Below, in pieces: positions 12,986 through 25,779 of a stretch of 64,000 bases of DNA. Within the stretch, counting starts at the first letter, position 1; the number at the start of each line of letters is the position of its first letter. The notes beneath the pieces are model-generated. The model was given only the letters and a program-made list of their open reading frames with translations, did not search any database and was not told where the DNA came from. Made by a program: the position numbers and the translations under genes. Source of the stretch: Marsupella aquatica (taxonomy: Eukaryota > Plantae > Marchantiophyta); contig OZ316897.1 in the NCBI GenBank assembly GCA_973895155.1, positions 16,595,958-16,659,957 on the forward strand, given 5' to 3'.

Positions 12986-15900
12986 GCTCTTTAGGGGTGA
13001 GAATGCCAAGTTGGAAAATTGTTCAGTGTGTCAGCAGCCCAAGATGAAGAGAGTGGGGAATTCATTACAGGCAAGGAAGGTGGTGCGGTATTTCCCTATA
13101 ATTCCTAGGTTGAAGAGATTGTATGCCACTGCTAGTACATCTAAACTCATGACTTGGCATCATGAGAATAGAAGCACAGACAACATGGTTCGGCACACAA
13201 TAGATTCCAAGGCTTGGAAGCATGTGGATACAAATATTGATCAGAAATTTGAAGCTGGACCAAGGAATGTGCAATTTGGGTTGGCACTTGATGGGGTGAA
13301 TCTCTTTGGGAATAATTCCACAGCTTGGCCAATCTTGTTGTTGAATTACAATTTACCTCCTTGGCTTACCACCAAGAAGTTCTTTGTCATGCTAGCTATA
13401 TATGCTGATTCCAGGACCTGATTCAGTAACAGAGGAACAACTGGACATAATATTGGGCCCATAGAACTATGAGGAGTTGGAGCTGTTGTGGACAAAAGGA
13501 GTGCCCTGCTTTGACAAATTGCCACGCCTAGGATTTTCTCAACACTTCAACCTAAGGGTTGTGCTATTGTGGACAATCAATGATTACCCTACATATGGTT
13601 TAATATCTGGACAACAACACGCTGGATACAAAGGATGTGTCATCTGTGGGCCAAAATGTGTGGCACGTGGTTCACTTGCAGAAATTAGAGTACAGTGGCC
13701 ACCGTCAATGGTTAGCAGCAAGGCATCTTTTTTGTAGACCAGAAAGTGCACAATACTTTGATGGTGCAATTGAGAGCCGACCTGCACCGTGTAGAATGTC
13801 AAGCTCTAATAGAAAGAAGTGGGGAGACAAGACAACAGAATATTTGAAGAAGGGAGGAACCAAGGTTGAGGATGAGAGAGCCTGCATGCCCCATAAAGGT
13901 GCATGGAGTGAAGAGGGCTACTGGTCTGTACAAGTTGCCCTATTGGAACGTAAGACTCCATACTACTAGTACAATGAATTTCTGCAATCTCTTCATATGA
14001 CTTTGAAATATGTTTACTTCCTATAGCCCAGATTTTGTAATTGTTCCTGGGAAAATATTTTTTATAATAAAAAGGGGAGACCGCAAAAACCCCACGGCCG
14101 GGGGGAAGCACTCAGCCCCATAGATATAATAGCAAAACTCCCACATGGAGGCCAGCAGGCAAAAGCAAAGGCCAGAATCACAATAAAAAAAGGGGAGACT
14201 AGACCTAGTGGCCCAAAACGTGAGTGACCAACACATCATGTCAACTTGTAGAGCCCTAGAGCCGATAAGCGAGGTAACCCATTCACCCTCTTCCAATAGC
14301 TATCACTCCTAGACCAGCAACGCAGCCACTGAGGTGACTCTGCCAGTACTCCTAGCAAACCAGTGTCGTCATTCTATTTAGCTATGAGATCCCTAGCCTT
14401 AGCCAGTCTGATGCGCCGCCCACCAATGGGGAGGCACAAGCCCGCAGCCTGCAAGTGAGTCTCAGTTTTTGAGAGGACCAGCCCAAAATCAAATACTCGG
14501 ATCAGCTTTTTCTCAAAAATCTGCTCATTTCATCCCATCCATAGAGCCCACAACATTTGATAATGCAAGAAAAAGCAGGCAGATTGAGTGTGTGTTCTGG
14601 AATCAGCAGCAACAAGGAGTTCCAGGCTACCCCAACCCCTGCCAAACAGTTGTCTCAAGGAGCTGGACTCTCCGATTCCCCAACAGAGCATGGCGTGAGC
14701 ACAGCCAAAGAAAAGGTGGGGAATGCTTTCAATTCTCCCAGGGCAAACATGGCATATACCTGAGCCTGCACCAATCTTAGCAGCCCAAGATCCCATGAAG
14801 AGACCTCCAACTATCAAGCGCCAAATGAATGTTTTTGCCCTGGAAGATTTTGTAATTGTTGTATTCAATGCCCTAATTTCTGAATTGTGTGTCCACTGCA
14901 GAAACTACTCATTAACCATTATCTAGATCCCATGCATTGTGAGAAGAATCTTGCACACAACATTGTGCATACTATCATTGGGACTAAGGACACTCCTTCT
15001 ATGCGAGAAGACATGAAGCTCTTACAGGTGCGCCAACACCTATGGCTTGTACCCAATCCAACTCCCAAGCGTAACGATGACAGATTGTTGATGCCCCCAG
15101 CCCCATATTGCTTGAGCAATCTGAAGGAAAGAACAAGGTTCTTGGAGGTGTTATTGACCTTGAAAGGGCCCACTGGTTTTTCAAGTTCTTTGGCAAAGTG
15201 TGTTACAAAATCTAAGAAACTCTCTTGGTTGAAATCACATGATTTCCACCAACTCATGCAACAGATTCTCCCTTTGGCAACAATGGGATTACTTGATGAA
15301 GGGGTTCGCTTGGCCATAGTTGGGGTAAGCAATATCTATCGCCAGATCTGTACGAAGGTGTGGGACCCTTCAATGTATGAGAATTTGATGATGGATGTTG
15401 CATTCACTCTCTGCATTTTAGAAATCCATTTTCCACCAAGCTTCTTTGATGTCATGACCCATTTAATGATTCACCTAGTGGAGGAATTAGACTTGTGTGG
15501 CCCAGTTACAGGCAGATGGATGTACCCAATAGAGAGGAACCTGAAGGTATTGAAGGGTTATGTACAAAACAAGGCACGTCTAGAGGCTTCTATGGCTGAA
15601 GGCTATGTATTAGATGAGTCTTTGGGATTCCTTTTTGAATACATGATTGATGCTAAGGGAGAGGGAAAACAAACCTGGGAGTTGGAGGAGGATGCTAGCA
15701 TTGCAAGCATTGTCTTGGAAGGGTATGCAAAGGAGATATTAACTTTGAATTGGTCTAAAGTGATGGCCATGCATCATTATATATTGGAGAATGAAGAGAC
15801 AATGGCTCCATGGTATAGGTACGTAAACCTGTACCATATGGATCATAATTATGCTGCCCCATTGTGTTTGTATATTCATGGTGGATCGTGCACTAATATC

Positions 15901-16640
15901 ATCAGTGTTGTTGCTGCCATGTAGGATATACGATGCTACCAATGAGACTGTTACCAAACAAAGAGTGGATTTCCAGAAGGAATGCTGATGAGGAAGCCTG
16001 CCAATTGAAGAAAACTAGTGGAATTTCCCCTTGACTGCCAAGAATTGCCACGTTTCAGGGAATGGTTTCAAACATTAGTGAATACCCATAATTTTGAGAA
16101 AGAGTCTGAACAGTCATTACTATCTGCATACTCCACACCACCTAGTTTGAAGGCACGACTGTATAGGGCATGCAGAGCCTATGGGCACCACTGGAGGACT
16201 ATTCCATCCTTGGGGTGTTTGAGTGATTGTGATTCTGGTGCATTCAGCACTTTTGATTCTGGGATGGCTTCGACATTCACTGAGAAGCGAGTGGACTGGT
16301 CTGGCACAACAATAGAAGAATCTGTACAGTATGTAGGGGCCTTGACAGATATCTTGGTACTGAATTACGGCAGCTTGAGGAAAGGGTTGATTCTTTTCAA
16401 AGGGAAATGGGCAGATCCATCATGGACTCCTAAATCCTCTGCCAGTATGAGGTATTCCGAGTTTGACTGGTCTTTGGCAGGTGAATTTCCATAGAGAACT
16501 GGGTGTGTCCAAGAAAATGGATTACGTTTTCCCAAAGCAAGTGGAGTAGGTTTTCTTCCACCCCAATGAGAAGGGGATAGCATGGAGAACAATCCTCCAC
16601 AAAGAATCCAGGTCCACAAGGGTGTTAGGTGATTGCAAGG
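12986..16640 (+). pseudogene. CACTA element 1 TnpD-type transposase, degenerate and intron-containing
   Basis: Motifs RYFPIIPRLKRLY, GLALDGVN, NYNLPPW, WTINDYP, LPYW|KLLINHYLDPMHCEKN, KSHDFH and FPPSFFDVMTHL..HL...GPV..RWMYPIER (Transposase_21/DUF4218-like). GT-AG intron 13950-14901 joins LPYWN to KLLINH in frame. Frameshifts present; end approximate. Confidence 0.88.
14046..14844 (-). mobile_element. 5'-truncated L1-like LINE fragment inside the CACTA-1 intron
   Basis: 16-bp TSD AGATTTTGTAATTGTT (14030-14045 / 14845-14860); zf-RVT-like motif KTFIWR...CHVC...ESIPHLFFGC in ORF 14530-14868; short A-rich 3' end. Confidence 0.85.
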
Positions 16641-18043
16641 GTTGTCACATTCTGTGAATGCTTATGAGGAGGCTTGAAAGCGGAACATAGAGCATAATGT
16701 TAGCATTATGCGTGATCTAGGACTGGGGCCAGGCTGCATGCTGATGTGTGTGTTAATATGTCTATTGCAAATTTGATTGAACAGTAGATGAATGGAGTTG
16801 TCAGGTTCATGTTCTGTTTTCATATTCCAGATTAGTCTCATACTAGTATGGATCCTGTACATAAGCACCGTTGTTACTGTGTTGTAGATTCTACTTGCAT
16901 GTATGTTTGATCTGCATTGGTGTATGTTGATGATTGCTTTGTTCCTTAGAGGCCCAACCACACATGTACAATGACAGAGAGAAAAGTCTGCATTGGTGAA
17001 AGGTACTTCAACTGAAACATTGCCAAAGAGTCCGAGTAGCTCTAGACTATCACAAGTTACCAGGGTGAACATGGAAGAGTCTGGTGATGATGGCTCTGCC
17101 TTTCCTTCTGGGTATGACATTGAGGATTCTGACATTGGAGGGTCAAAACCTGAGAGTGAACAACAGGTAATGCTTGAACTTCATCATCCTAATAGGAAGG
17201 GATCCTTGTCCCTGTTTCAAAGTATTCGTTAATACGCCTACATTGTCCATGATGTAGGTACAAAAACAAAATCGTGGTCCTACAAAGACTGGGCCTGGTG
17301 GAGGTGGGCTGGTGAGATGTTGGAAAGACCCAGACACTAGACTCTTATATGAAAGTGAGTGGATTGTACTAATATACTTTTCAGGTGTGTTTGGAAGTTG
17401 ATATTCTACTTGGAAATGAAAGTCATTGAAGTGCTTTGGTGTTGTGTGTTTGTAAGTATGCAATGACCTATATCGGAAGTACATCTTGAATGTTGAGTAC
17501 ATTGTAATTTGAAAGCTATTTATGGAATCTATTTGAGGCAGGACTCTAATTATATTGTCATGTATAATTTCATGTAGGGCATGTTAATTTATTTTTTGAG
17601 GGCATACTATTCCATGAGCGCCAACCTGGCTTGTAAATTGTGCCTTGGGTATTCAGGACTTTCTCCCCAGGGTTCTGCTGTCTCAAGGAAGGCTTCCAAC
17701 GATGTGGCCTCTGACCTATGTCCTGCTAACAAGCAACAACTGCTTTTAAAAGAGAAGAAAAGGTCAAAAGCAAGCTAGAGGGGTACCAAAGGAGGCCTTA
17801 AGGACTAGGGGAAATGACTTCATGTCCAAGGACTTCCAAGGTTCATGTGTGGCCAGGATTACACAATCTTGAAGTGACTAAGGACTTTTCAATAATCATT
17901 ATTCCATCACTAATGCGTGACTCAAGGGGTAGCCATTATGAGCTTAAGCCGTCATTTTTGTGCCCATGTGAACAGGATCTAGTTTAAGACAAGCATCCTT
18001 CTCCCATTTTGAATTTTGAACGTGACTTTTAATTTATGAAAGG

Positions 18044-21000
18044 TGTCGCATCCCTAACCTGGGCCTTAAATCCAGTTTAGTGCCATGGCGCGACCTCGAC
18101 CACCAGTAGGGGTGAGGGTTCGGGCAAGGAGGTGTGTAGTGGCCCGATTACCCCTAAGTCGGGCTAAGTCGATACACTTACTGGTATAACACTTAAGCAA
18201 CTTGTACTAGTCATAGGTATCTTTTATTTTCCACGGCTGGAACCCTCCCTCAATTAGTGACTCGGACTAACTCCCGGCTTGGGGCTTTTCAAGCCATCGA
18301 CACGACAGAACCTTGTGACATACGATGGGTGGCAATCCCTACCATTAGTCCGCACCCGGTACGTCCCTTAAAATGGCACCTTTGCCCAGACAAAGCATAC
18401 ACACAACACCAGTTACTTGCAGAAACTTTAGAGGGAAAAGACTACATTTACTCAGCGAAGCATCAGTTTACATGGTTGACTCGACTTCAAAGGGGGTCAG
18501 CAGGCCCAACGGCAGTCGATGCCCAGTCTCTATGAGGCCCCGCCTCGCACTTGCCCAGCAAGCTCGACTCTGGCTCTCACTCCTTGGTGCACTCTGACCC
18601 TGCTCAGGCCAGGACTCCCCGTGCCTCACCTTTCTTCTGCTGAGATAACTAAGCCTTCTCCCCCCTCCATGGCGGAAGGGGAACCCTAAATACTACAATT
18701 GCAGAAGAGAACCGGAGGATACTACCTTCCGGGATACTACCTACTGACTAACTGGTCGTGCCGCACTGACTGGTTGACCGTCGACGATAAGGGTGCCGAC
18801 CGGAATGGCAGCGGCCAAGTCTACTGACAAAAATCAAGTCCGTTGATGGACTCCATCCTACGTTGGCTGATCCTAACTGATCCGGTCCTAATTCTTCCTA
18901 CTACCGCTAATCGGCGCCTAATGACAGCCATTTTGTCGTTACGCCTAACCAAAAGATGCCGCTGACTTAACTGCCTTGTGCGGCGCCTGCTTCCACCCTT
19001 CGCTAACTACCCCTTACGTGTGTGCTGTGGTTGGACCAGGGCTGGTCCCCTTGTCGGGGCGAGACCTCGAGCCGCCTTGATCAGAGGTGGGCCCAGGTTT
19101 TCCCCGCTGGAGGACGAGCAGGGTAACGCGGTCCTGCAAGGCCTTGTTGTCCCGCACCGCCTCCTTCGCCTTGTTTGCAGCTTCATCGGCCTCTGTCTGG
19201 AGCCGCGCTACCTCCAGGTTGAGCTGGTTAATGGAGTTGCGATGGATCTGGTCCTGCGCCAGCAATTTGTCTCGTTCGGCGGAGAGACTCGCCACCTGCT
19301 GCAATGCCTGCAAGAATTGTTTGTTGAGGTCGGTCAGGTTGGTAACCTGAGCCGAAGATTCTGAGCGTAATTGAAGCACGGTGTCGTCCAGCTTCTTGAG
19401 ATCTGCTTGCGCTCCGTTTAACTCCTGGGTTAGTCCGTCCCTCTGTTTGACGGTGCGGACTAACTCCTTGCGGTGGGTAGTGGCCTCCTCTTCGAGGTGC
19501 TCTACCAGCATCTGGAGGCGCCCGATCTCATTCCCCTTCGCCATGAGTTCTTCTTCCAAGCGGCTTACGATCCGTGGTTGGTGCTCTAACATGAAGAAGG
19601 CTGGTTGAAAGTACGCCAAGACTTGTTGTCCGATGTACGTCGCCAGCTCCCCAGACATAGTCTGGCTAAACTTCTGGACCAGGTTGTAGGCCATGGTCCC
19701 CGGGGCTACTTGGTAGTCCTCCATCCTCTCGGGTACCGGTGGTTCCTCGGGCGGGGCAACGAGCTCCTCCGTAGTCTGCGTTGGGGAGGGGAAGGTTTCT
19801 TCAGGTGGTGGAGGGATTGGGGGTGGTTGTACTGCGGGTAGCAGAGGCTCGACGGAAGGGGGCGGCAGAATTTCCACAGGAGGAGGTGGCGGAGTATTAG
19901 TCGGGGCTTCCGGCTTGGGGTTTGCCCGAGGGATGGTAGTCCGCGCGCTCGGGGTTGCCTCCTCTGGGGCGGGGGTGACATTAGTCGGGGCTGAGGTGGC
20001 CATATTCTTTCCTCTGGCCTCCCACCGTGCCTTGTACCAGGCGAGGATAATGGCGATATGGCTTCCCAAGTAAGTCTTCCCCCCAATAGCCATACCATCC
20101 TAAGCCCACTTCAGCTCCCCCAAGAATCTTTGGTAGAAGAATTGGGCCCAGTTCCGCCGTTTGTACTGTTCCACCTGCACGATCGTGCAGAGGGCCGGAA
20201 ATCTCGGATCGTGGCTCAATCATGTGTAGGGTAGTCCGTATGAAGTTAAGCCGCTCCATGCAGATTAAGTTGGTGCACGACCCCTGCTTGTATCCGTTGT
20301 CCGTCTTACCCTCGGGTTTGAAGTGCCGCGGTGTATACTCCTTATCCCGAATTTGGAGTTCAACCGGCACCGGCCCGGTTGGCAGGCAGAAGATTTGCGT
20401 TAATCGATGCTCCGTGAGTGATAAGGCCTGCCACAAAACCTTGGTGGTCGATATGTCGTTGTAGCTGGAATCCCTGGTGATGGCTGTCCTTTCGCAATTA
20501 ACCAGTGCCACCTTGGTCACCAGCTTCGCGTATCTTCGTTCGTAAGCGACTTTCTCGGGACAAGAGTACCAATAAGTCTTGGAGAACTTAGCACCTACCT
20601 CGCCAAACAAGGTCCAAAATCCCAAGGCTGTAAGGGTCATACTAACCTCGTAGTCCGGTCCGTTGAGTCCACGTTCCCACTCGGCTGGTCCTTTTGCTTG
20701 TGGAGGTCTTGCTTGTCCTGACTAAATCTTGCCACATTCCGCTCTTCTCCCTCGATAATCTCCTTATACAGGTCGACTTGATTCGATCAGAAAGGCAAGT
20801 GGATGGCAACGTCCACGAATTCCAAAAAGGTAGACATGAGCAAATGGCCCGCAGCGCCATCGGCTCCTCTCTTATGGAGGTGCCAGGATGAGCCCGAGCG
20901 TGAGAAGGCCAGGCCGTTTTGGTCATTGATAATGAGCTGAAGTCGGCGCCTCGGTCCAAGCGTGATTCTTCTAACTGATTTTTACTCCGCTGCCACCACC

Positions 21001-21193
21001 GTACCTCGGTCGCGCGTAATAATCCTCTTCCTGAACTCGTAATCATTCGGTCATCTTAACCTACTCCTAATCTATTCATAATGGCAACAGACGGCTATAC
21101 GTGCTATTCTACGCTACGGCTACGGTCCTAACATCCGTATAAGACCTAATCTACGACCTGGGTTCGGTTAAGTGACACGTTACCCGTGTCACA
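18044..21193 (-). mobile_element. Family-C solo LTR (3150 bp) carrying an ORF
   Basis: TG...CA ends; 5-bp TSD AAAGG (18039-18043 / 21194-21198); terminus repeated at 1-87; no gag or pol inside. Strand taken from the ORF. Confidence 0.88.
19014..20700 (-). pseudogene. LTR-encoded protein of family C (homologue of the family-A LTR protein; Pro-rich linker plus coiled coil), frameshifted
   Basis: NGYKQGSCTN...FIRTTLH..EPRSEI matches family-A NGFFRNTCTN...FLRVTMH..LPRAEI; frameshift near 20185 and a TAG near 20100; coiled coil in 19014-19600; start uncertain. Confidence 0.75.
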
Positions 21194-21899
21194 AAAGGCC
21201 ACCTCACAAGCTATGGGGCCAACTTGTTGCTTTTGCGTAATGTCCTTCACAGGAGTCACATCCTTTGACACGGCTTTCTCGGCGTGGTGGGGGTACTTGG
21301 TGCATGTTGGCTAAGCCACATTTAATTTGTTTGTCTCTTTTGGGCCCTGTTGAAGGTCACTGCGCGCGAACTGCTCTCACTTGGTCACTTTTGGATTCTC
21401 TCATCATTCTTTCCAAACACTTAGATGATTTTGAATCCCACATTTGGAGGTGAGGCGCACCAGCTCCACCAAACCATTCTCGACAATTTTGCATCCCATT
21501 GCGCATCACATTTGATTAGCCCAAATCCCACTACTGACGATCCTGGAGGTTGGAGGGAGGCACGCGCGGTCGGAGAGTGCAAGACTTGGTGCGCAATTTG
21601 GTGGCCGAATTCAGGGGATTGATTCGAGGCGGGGGTGAATAACTTCTGCTCCTTTTCCAATTTCTTGGTCACCTTTGTCATTCAATGTTGAAGCTAAATC
21701 TGTAGGTTAAACCACGCTCCTTTACTTCGGTGGATTGTTGATTTGTATGTGTACTCAGGACTAAGTTACGGTGGGTGTTGTGCCTCTTGACCTTGATGGA
21801 CTTTCAAAAGATAGAGGCGCCGCAGGTTAGAGATGTACCTGTAGTTATTGGGGGTGCCACACCTGCTGTTTCAATAGAGAACCCTGCATGTCAAGTCGG

Positions 21900-22240
21900 A
21901 AGAGCGAGAAGAGTGTGCAGGATTGGGATCCTCCTGAATTCCAGAGAGACCCGACATATTTTGCTGTCACCTTTGGACTCCCCAATGTCGGTGAAAATCC
22001 TTATAAGATAAGTGATGTTAGTGAACAAGATTTGAGTACATGTTTGGAGAGAAAATGCGTAGTGGTTATAGATTAAATAGCTCAGTTGGCATCCCCATTG
22101 CAGACTTGTTGCATCTATCCCAAGTTGTTGATGGCTATGATAAACTGGTCAATGGACTTCTGGCTCATACCTTTGTGAAAGGCGCTTATGTTGAACGTGT
22201 TCTTGGCTGAAAAGTCAATTGGGCCGCATATGCATCGTCG
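21900..22240 (+). pseudogene. Degenerate coding remnant with weak similarity to the LTR-ORF domain
   Basis: Manual translation across frameshifts and stops: FAVTFGLPNVG...GEKMRSGYRL...TFVKGAYVERVLG*KVNWAAYA. Confidence 0.35.
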
Positions 22241-23251
22241 AAGCTAAGGGGCAGATAATCCAGTGGGAGAGAGAGGGAAAGGGTAGGCCAGATGGGCCTC
22301 CATGTGTTGGGAAGCCCCGTCTTTACAAGAGTCCTGTGTCAATAGAGACTGCCCCGTAGTCTAAGAGCAAACCAAAATCAGCAGATGCCTCCAAGGAGTT
22401 TGAATTGTCTCTTTGGGATCATGTAGCCAATGATAAGACTCCGGGGGTTGGATTGGTCAGTGAGGAACTTACCACCCTGTGTAAGGCTATTCACTACAAC
22501 ACTATCGGCCGGTTTTGCGAAGACAATCTCATCGCAGCTAACAAGCCCCTGATTTTCATCATTCTGGCCATTGCGAACACACGCGCATCGCACCAACTTC
22601 GCACTTTGCGAACCTAATAACTTTGCACGCGGACCATCGCAACGGCATCGCAACACCATGGCAAACTGAGAAGCTGAGAGGTTCGCAAGATTCAATACTT
22701 GTGCGATCCATTATACGTCGCATAAGGTTCGCAAACATACACGCACACGTCCCACGCTGGCGTCGATATTTGAGAAGGATTTACCATCGCATCATATTTG
22801 CAAAAGATACTGGTTCAATTGTTTTCATGGGGATTGTATGACAAAGAGCGATACCGGTGATTTCAGAAGTTTGTGAACGGTTTCGATTAGGAAAGTGCGA
22901 TCCTAGAAGTATCGCAAAAACCCGACATATTTGGATGTGAAGTTTTGAAGTGAATTGACTCAAAAAGTGCGATGCCTTGGGGTTTATATTGTGCGATGGG
23001 AATGAGTTCTTAAAGGGTTTGCAAAATTATGATCACAGAGGATTCAATACATTATTTGCGAGGGGTTTTCCTTGGGACCCAATGTGGAAGGCAAAATTGT
23101 TGTTTTATAAAATGGAAAAGCATGAACAAAATGATAGGGCTTCAAAGAACCCTATACATGGACAAGAGGGGGGAAATATCTGATGCTAGGTCCGCCCTTC
23201 TAAACCTATGCTGCCTCTTCCTACCCTAAGCTCCGGCATGACAAGTCACTC

Positions 23252-25314
23252 TCATGCATGTATCTCTACAAAATAACTAGAATGGGCTCTTGCGGCTCCT
23301 CTTGGTTGGCTTCTTGGTTGGCTTCTTGCCCTGATCCTTCCGGGGATCCTGTTGGTGATGGGTGCATGATGGCCGTCGGCGCTCCTGCTCCTACTGCTCC
23401 TCTGGCTCCTCCTGCCCCTCCTGCTCCTCCTCATCCTCAGGGTCCTCCTCCTCCCCCTGGTCATCAACGTGTGCTGATGACACACAACTACCACCACTAC
23501 CACGGTGGGAAGAACCTACCTCACGACTACTCCCCCCCCGAGCACCACTAGTACCAGGAGTAGCCCCCTCATCGTCATCACTACTGCTCACATCAGCACC
23601 CGACCCCTCAGGCTCATCCGAATCCTGCATCCATTACATATCATTAGTTTCCGCAAGACATAAAGGGTCACTCACAATGTTCGCATGCTAATCATATGGT
23701 TCACACTTAGACACTTACAGTAGCCAACTCGGCATCTACCATCGCAAAGAGGTACTTTTGTCCATGCTCTATCGCCACCTCAATATGCTTTTTTGATATC
23801 TTCCTTTTGTACCTCCGATACTGCCATGCATAAAACCAATTAAAATTGGTTAAATTTTCCCTTAAGCATACCCTATATATAGCCACAAGTGACGCCTAAA
23901 TCCTCAACTACTAAACACGACCCAAAAAAAATTTAAAATTCAAATTTGCGAACCTATAAGCATGGCAACTTGCGAACCACATTTTTTGCGAAGGCGTTGC
24001 GATGGAGTTTGCGATGCGAATTTGTTCGCAAAGGCATCGGAAAATTGAAATGGAAAAAGTCCATGATAGACTTTGCGAGGGGTTTGCAAACAAATGCGCA
24101 TTGCAACACCTTCGCAAACTATGTTCCCAAGAGTTTTTAAAAATTTGCCAAAAATTCTAAGTGTCAGAGTTGCCCTAAACTAGTAACCAAGCAAGCATGC
24201 ACAACAGCAAGAACATTCGGGGATGTCATTCACTTGCATTGCACAACTCTGAAAGGAATAGAGAGGTTAGGGAGGAGCAAGAGGCACTCACAAAGTGTGA
24301 CTTGAGGCCGGGGAGCCCGCCTTGACCCAACTTGTGGACTGGATTGGGGGTGGATTTCACTCGTTTGGCTGCATCTGTGAAACGCTTGGGTGGCTTTCCC
24401 TCCTGGTTGGCCACCTTCTGCATCTCAGCTACCTTCCGCTCAAGTGGCTTCAGGTCATGGTCAGGGGGAGCTTCCCGGCCTCCTTTGCTTTCAAGGCTCG
24501 ATCTAGATTGGCCTTCCACTCTTCCAACTCATGAGTTGCCTTAATTTGCACCTCAATCTTGTAAAATGAATTCCAGATGTCCTCGGTGAAGTGGAGGGGT
24601 CTGCGCAAGTTCCTGTATGATCTCAAGTCTTTCAGGTGGGCTCTAATCTTCATCCTGTCATGGTATCGCATTTGAGACATAGAATTTGAAATCTTATCTA
24701 CCAACCATTGCTCATCTATGTCAGGCCCATTGCGAAATGCATCCTTGATTTGGTTGATGACCCTCTTTCGCTCTGCCTTCTCAATCTTCCCCCACTGCAT
24801 GCCTCGTGAGAAATTGCTTGTGATAATCTGCTTGATTGTGCTCTTAGCCCCTGCATACGCTAGCTCAGTTGGAGTCCCACTCGTCTCCAAGGCAATGAAT
24901 GGAAGTTTTCTTCTTGCTTCCTCTTTCTGACGTTGCTCCTCCCTCTATTTTTGAATTGAATCTCTCTCCTCTCTTCTCTTATGCTTCTCTAGGGCTTGAG
25001 AAGAGGCAACTCCCGACTTAGTTCTTTCCTCTCTCTTCCTTTTTTTCTCTCTAGCCTTCTCTTCAGCTGCGGCCCTCTCCTCCCCCTCTCTAGTAGCTTG
25101 TCCTGCTACAATCCCAGTTTGCAAAACTTGTCCAAGAATGGCACTCAAAGAGGCAAGCCTTGTTGGAGAATTGAGATTCACTTCTCCCAATGTGCAGCAC
25201 TGAGATGTTGGGCCACTAAGTCTGCCCAGGCATTCTTCTCTTTCTCTGGATTTCCCCCATTGCCACTACCACTACCACGACCACCTTGCCCTCCACTCCC
25301 CTCACCGGTAGCCA
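23252..25314 (-). pseudogene. TnpA/Ptta-like accessory gene of CACTA-2, frameshifted, probably spliced
   Basis: Collinear fragments 24945-25190, 24450-24890 (QWGKI...K..VI..I..AF...W...R...RP..F...IW pattern), 24226-24519 and the acidic piece 23391-23630. Family call by pattern only. Confidence 0.5.
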
Positions 25315-25779
25315 TAGCTCCCCTCTCTCACAGTCTCCCTCGTACTGTCGCGCGCGCCCCGGCCCTTCTCGTCTTGCTCAAAAACTGAAATGAGCCCGAA
25401 TGCGAGCTCCCGCCGATGTTTACGTCGTTCAAAAATGGGTTTGCAATGACATACGCATGGGAAACTGCAAAGCCCGTGCCCTCGCAAATAGTCTCGCAAC
25501 TTGCGAGGCACTTCCGAATCTATTCCCTTCACAAGACCATCGCAACCCGCAGAAGACCCAAAAAATTGTTCTCGGCCTCTGTTTTTGCGAAGTAAGTGCG
25601 AAGGCCGTAGGTTCGCAAAAATATTCTCTAACTTGTGAAATAATTTGCGAGGCAGGTCTGATCGGTTTAGGGTTGGAAAACACTTTGGGGTGTCAAACGG
25701 CTATTAAGGTTTGTCAAACGACATTTAAGGTATGTTAAGTGCCCATAAGTTAACATGGAAGGGGTGTCAATGGATGTTT

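Noticed and set aside
16662-18043. Short ORFs downstream of the CACTA-1 transposase
   Set aside because: No recognisable motifs; probably decayed element interior.
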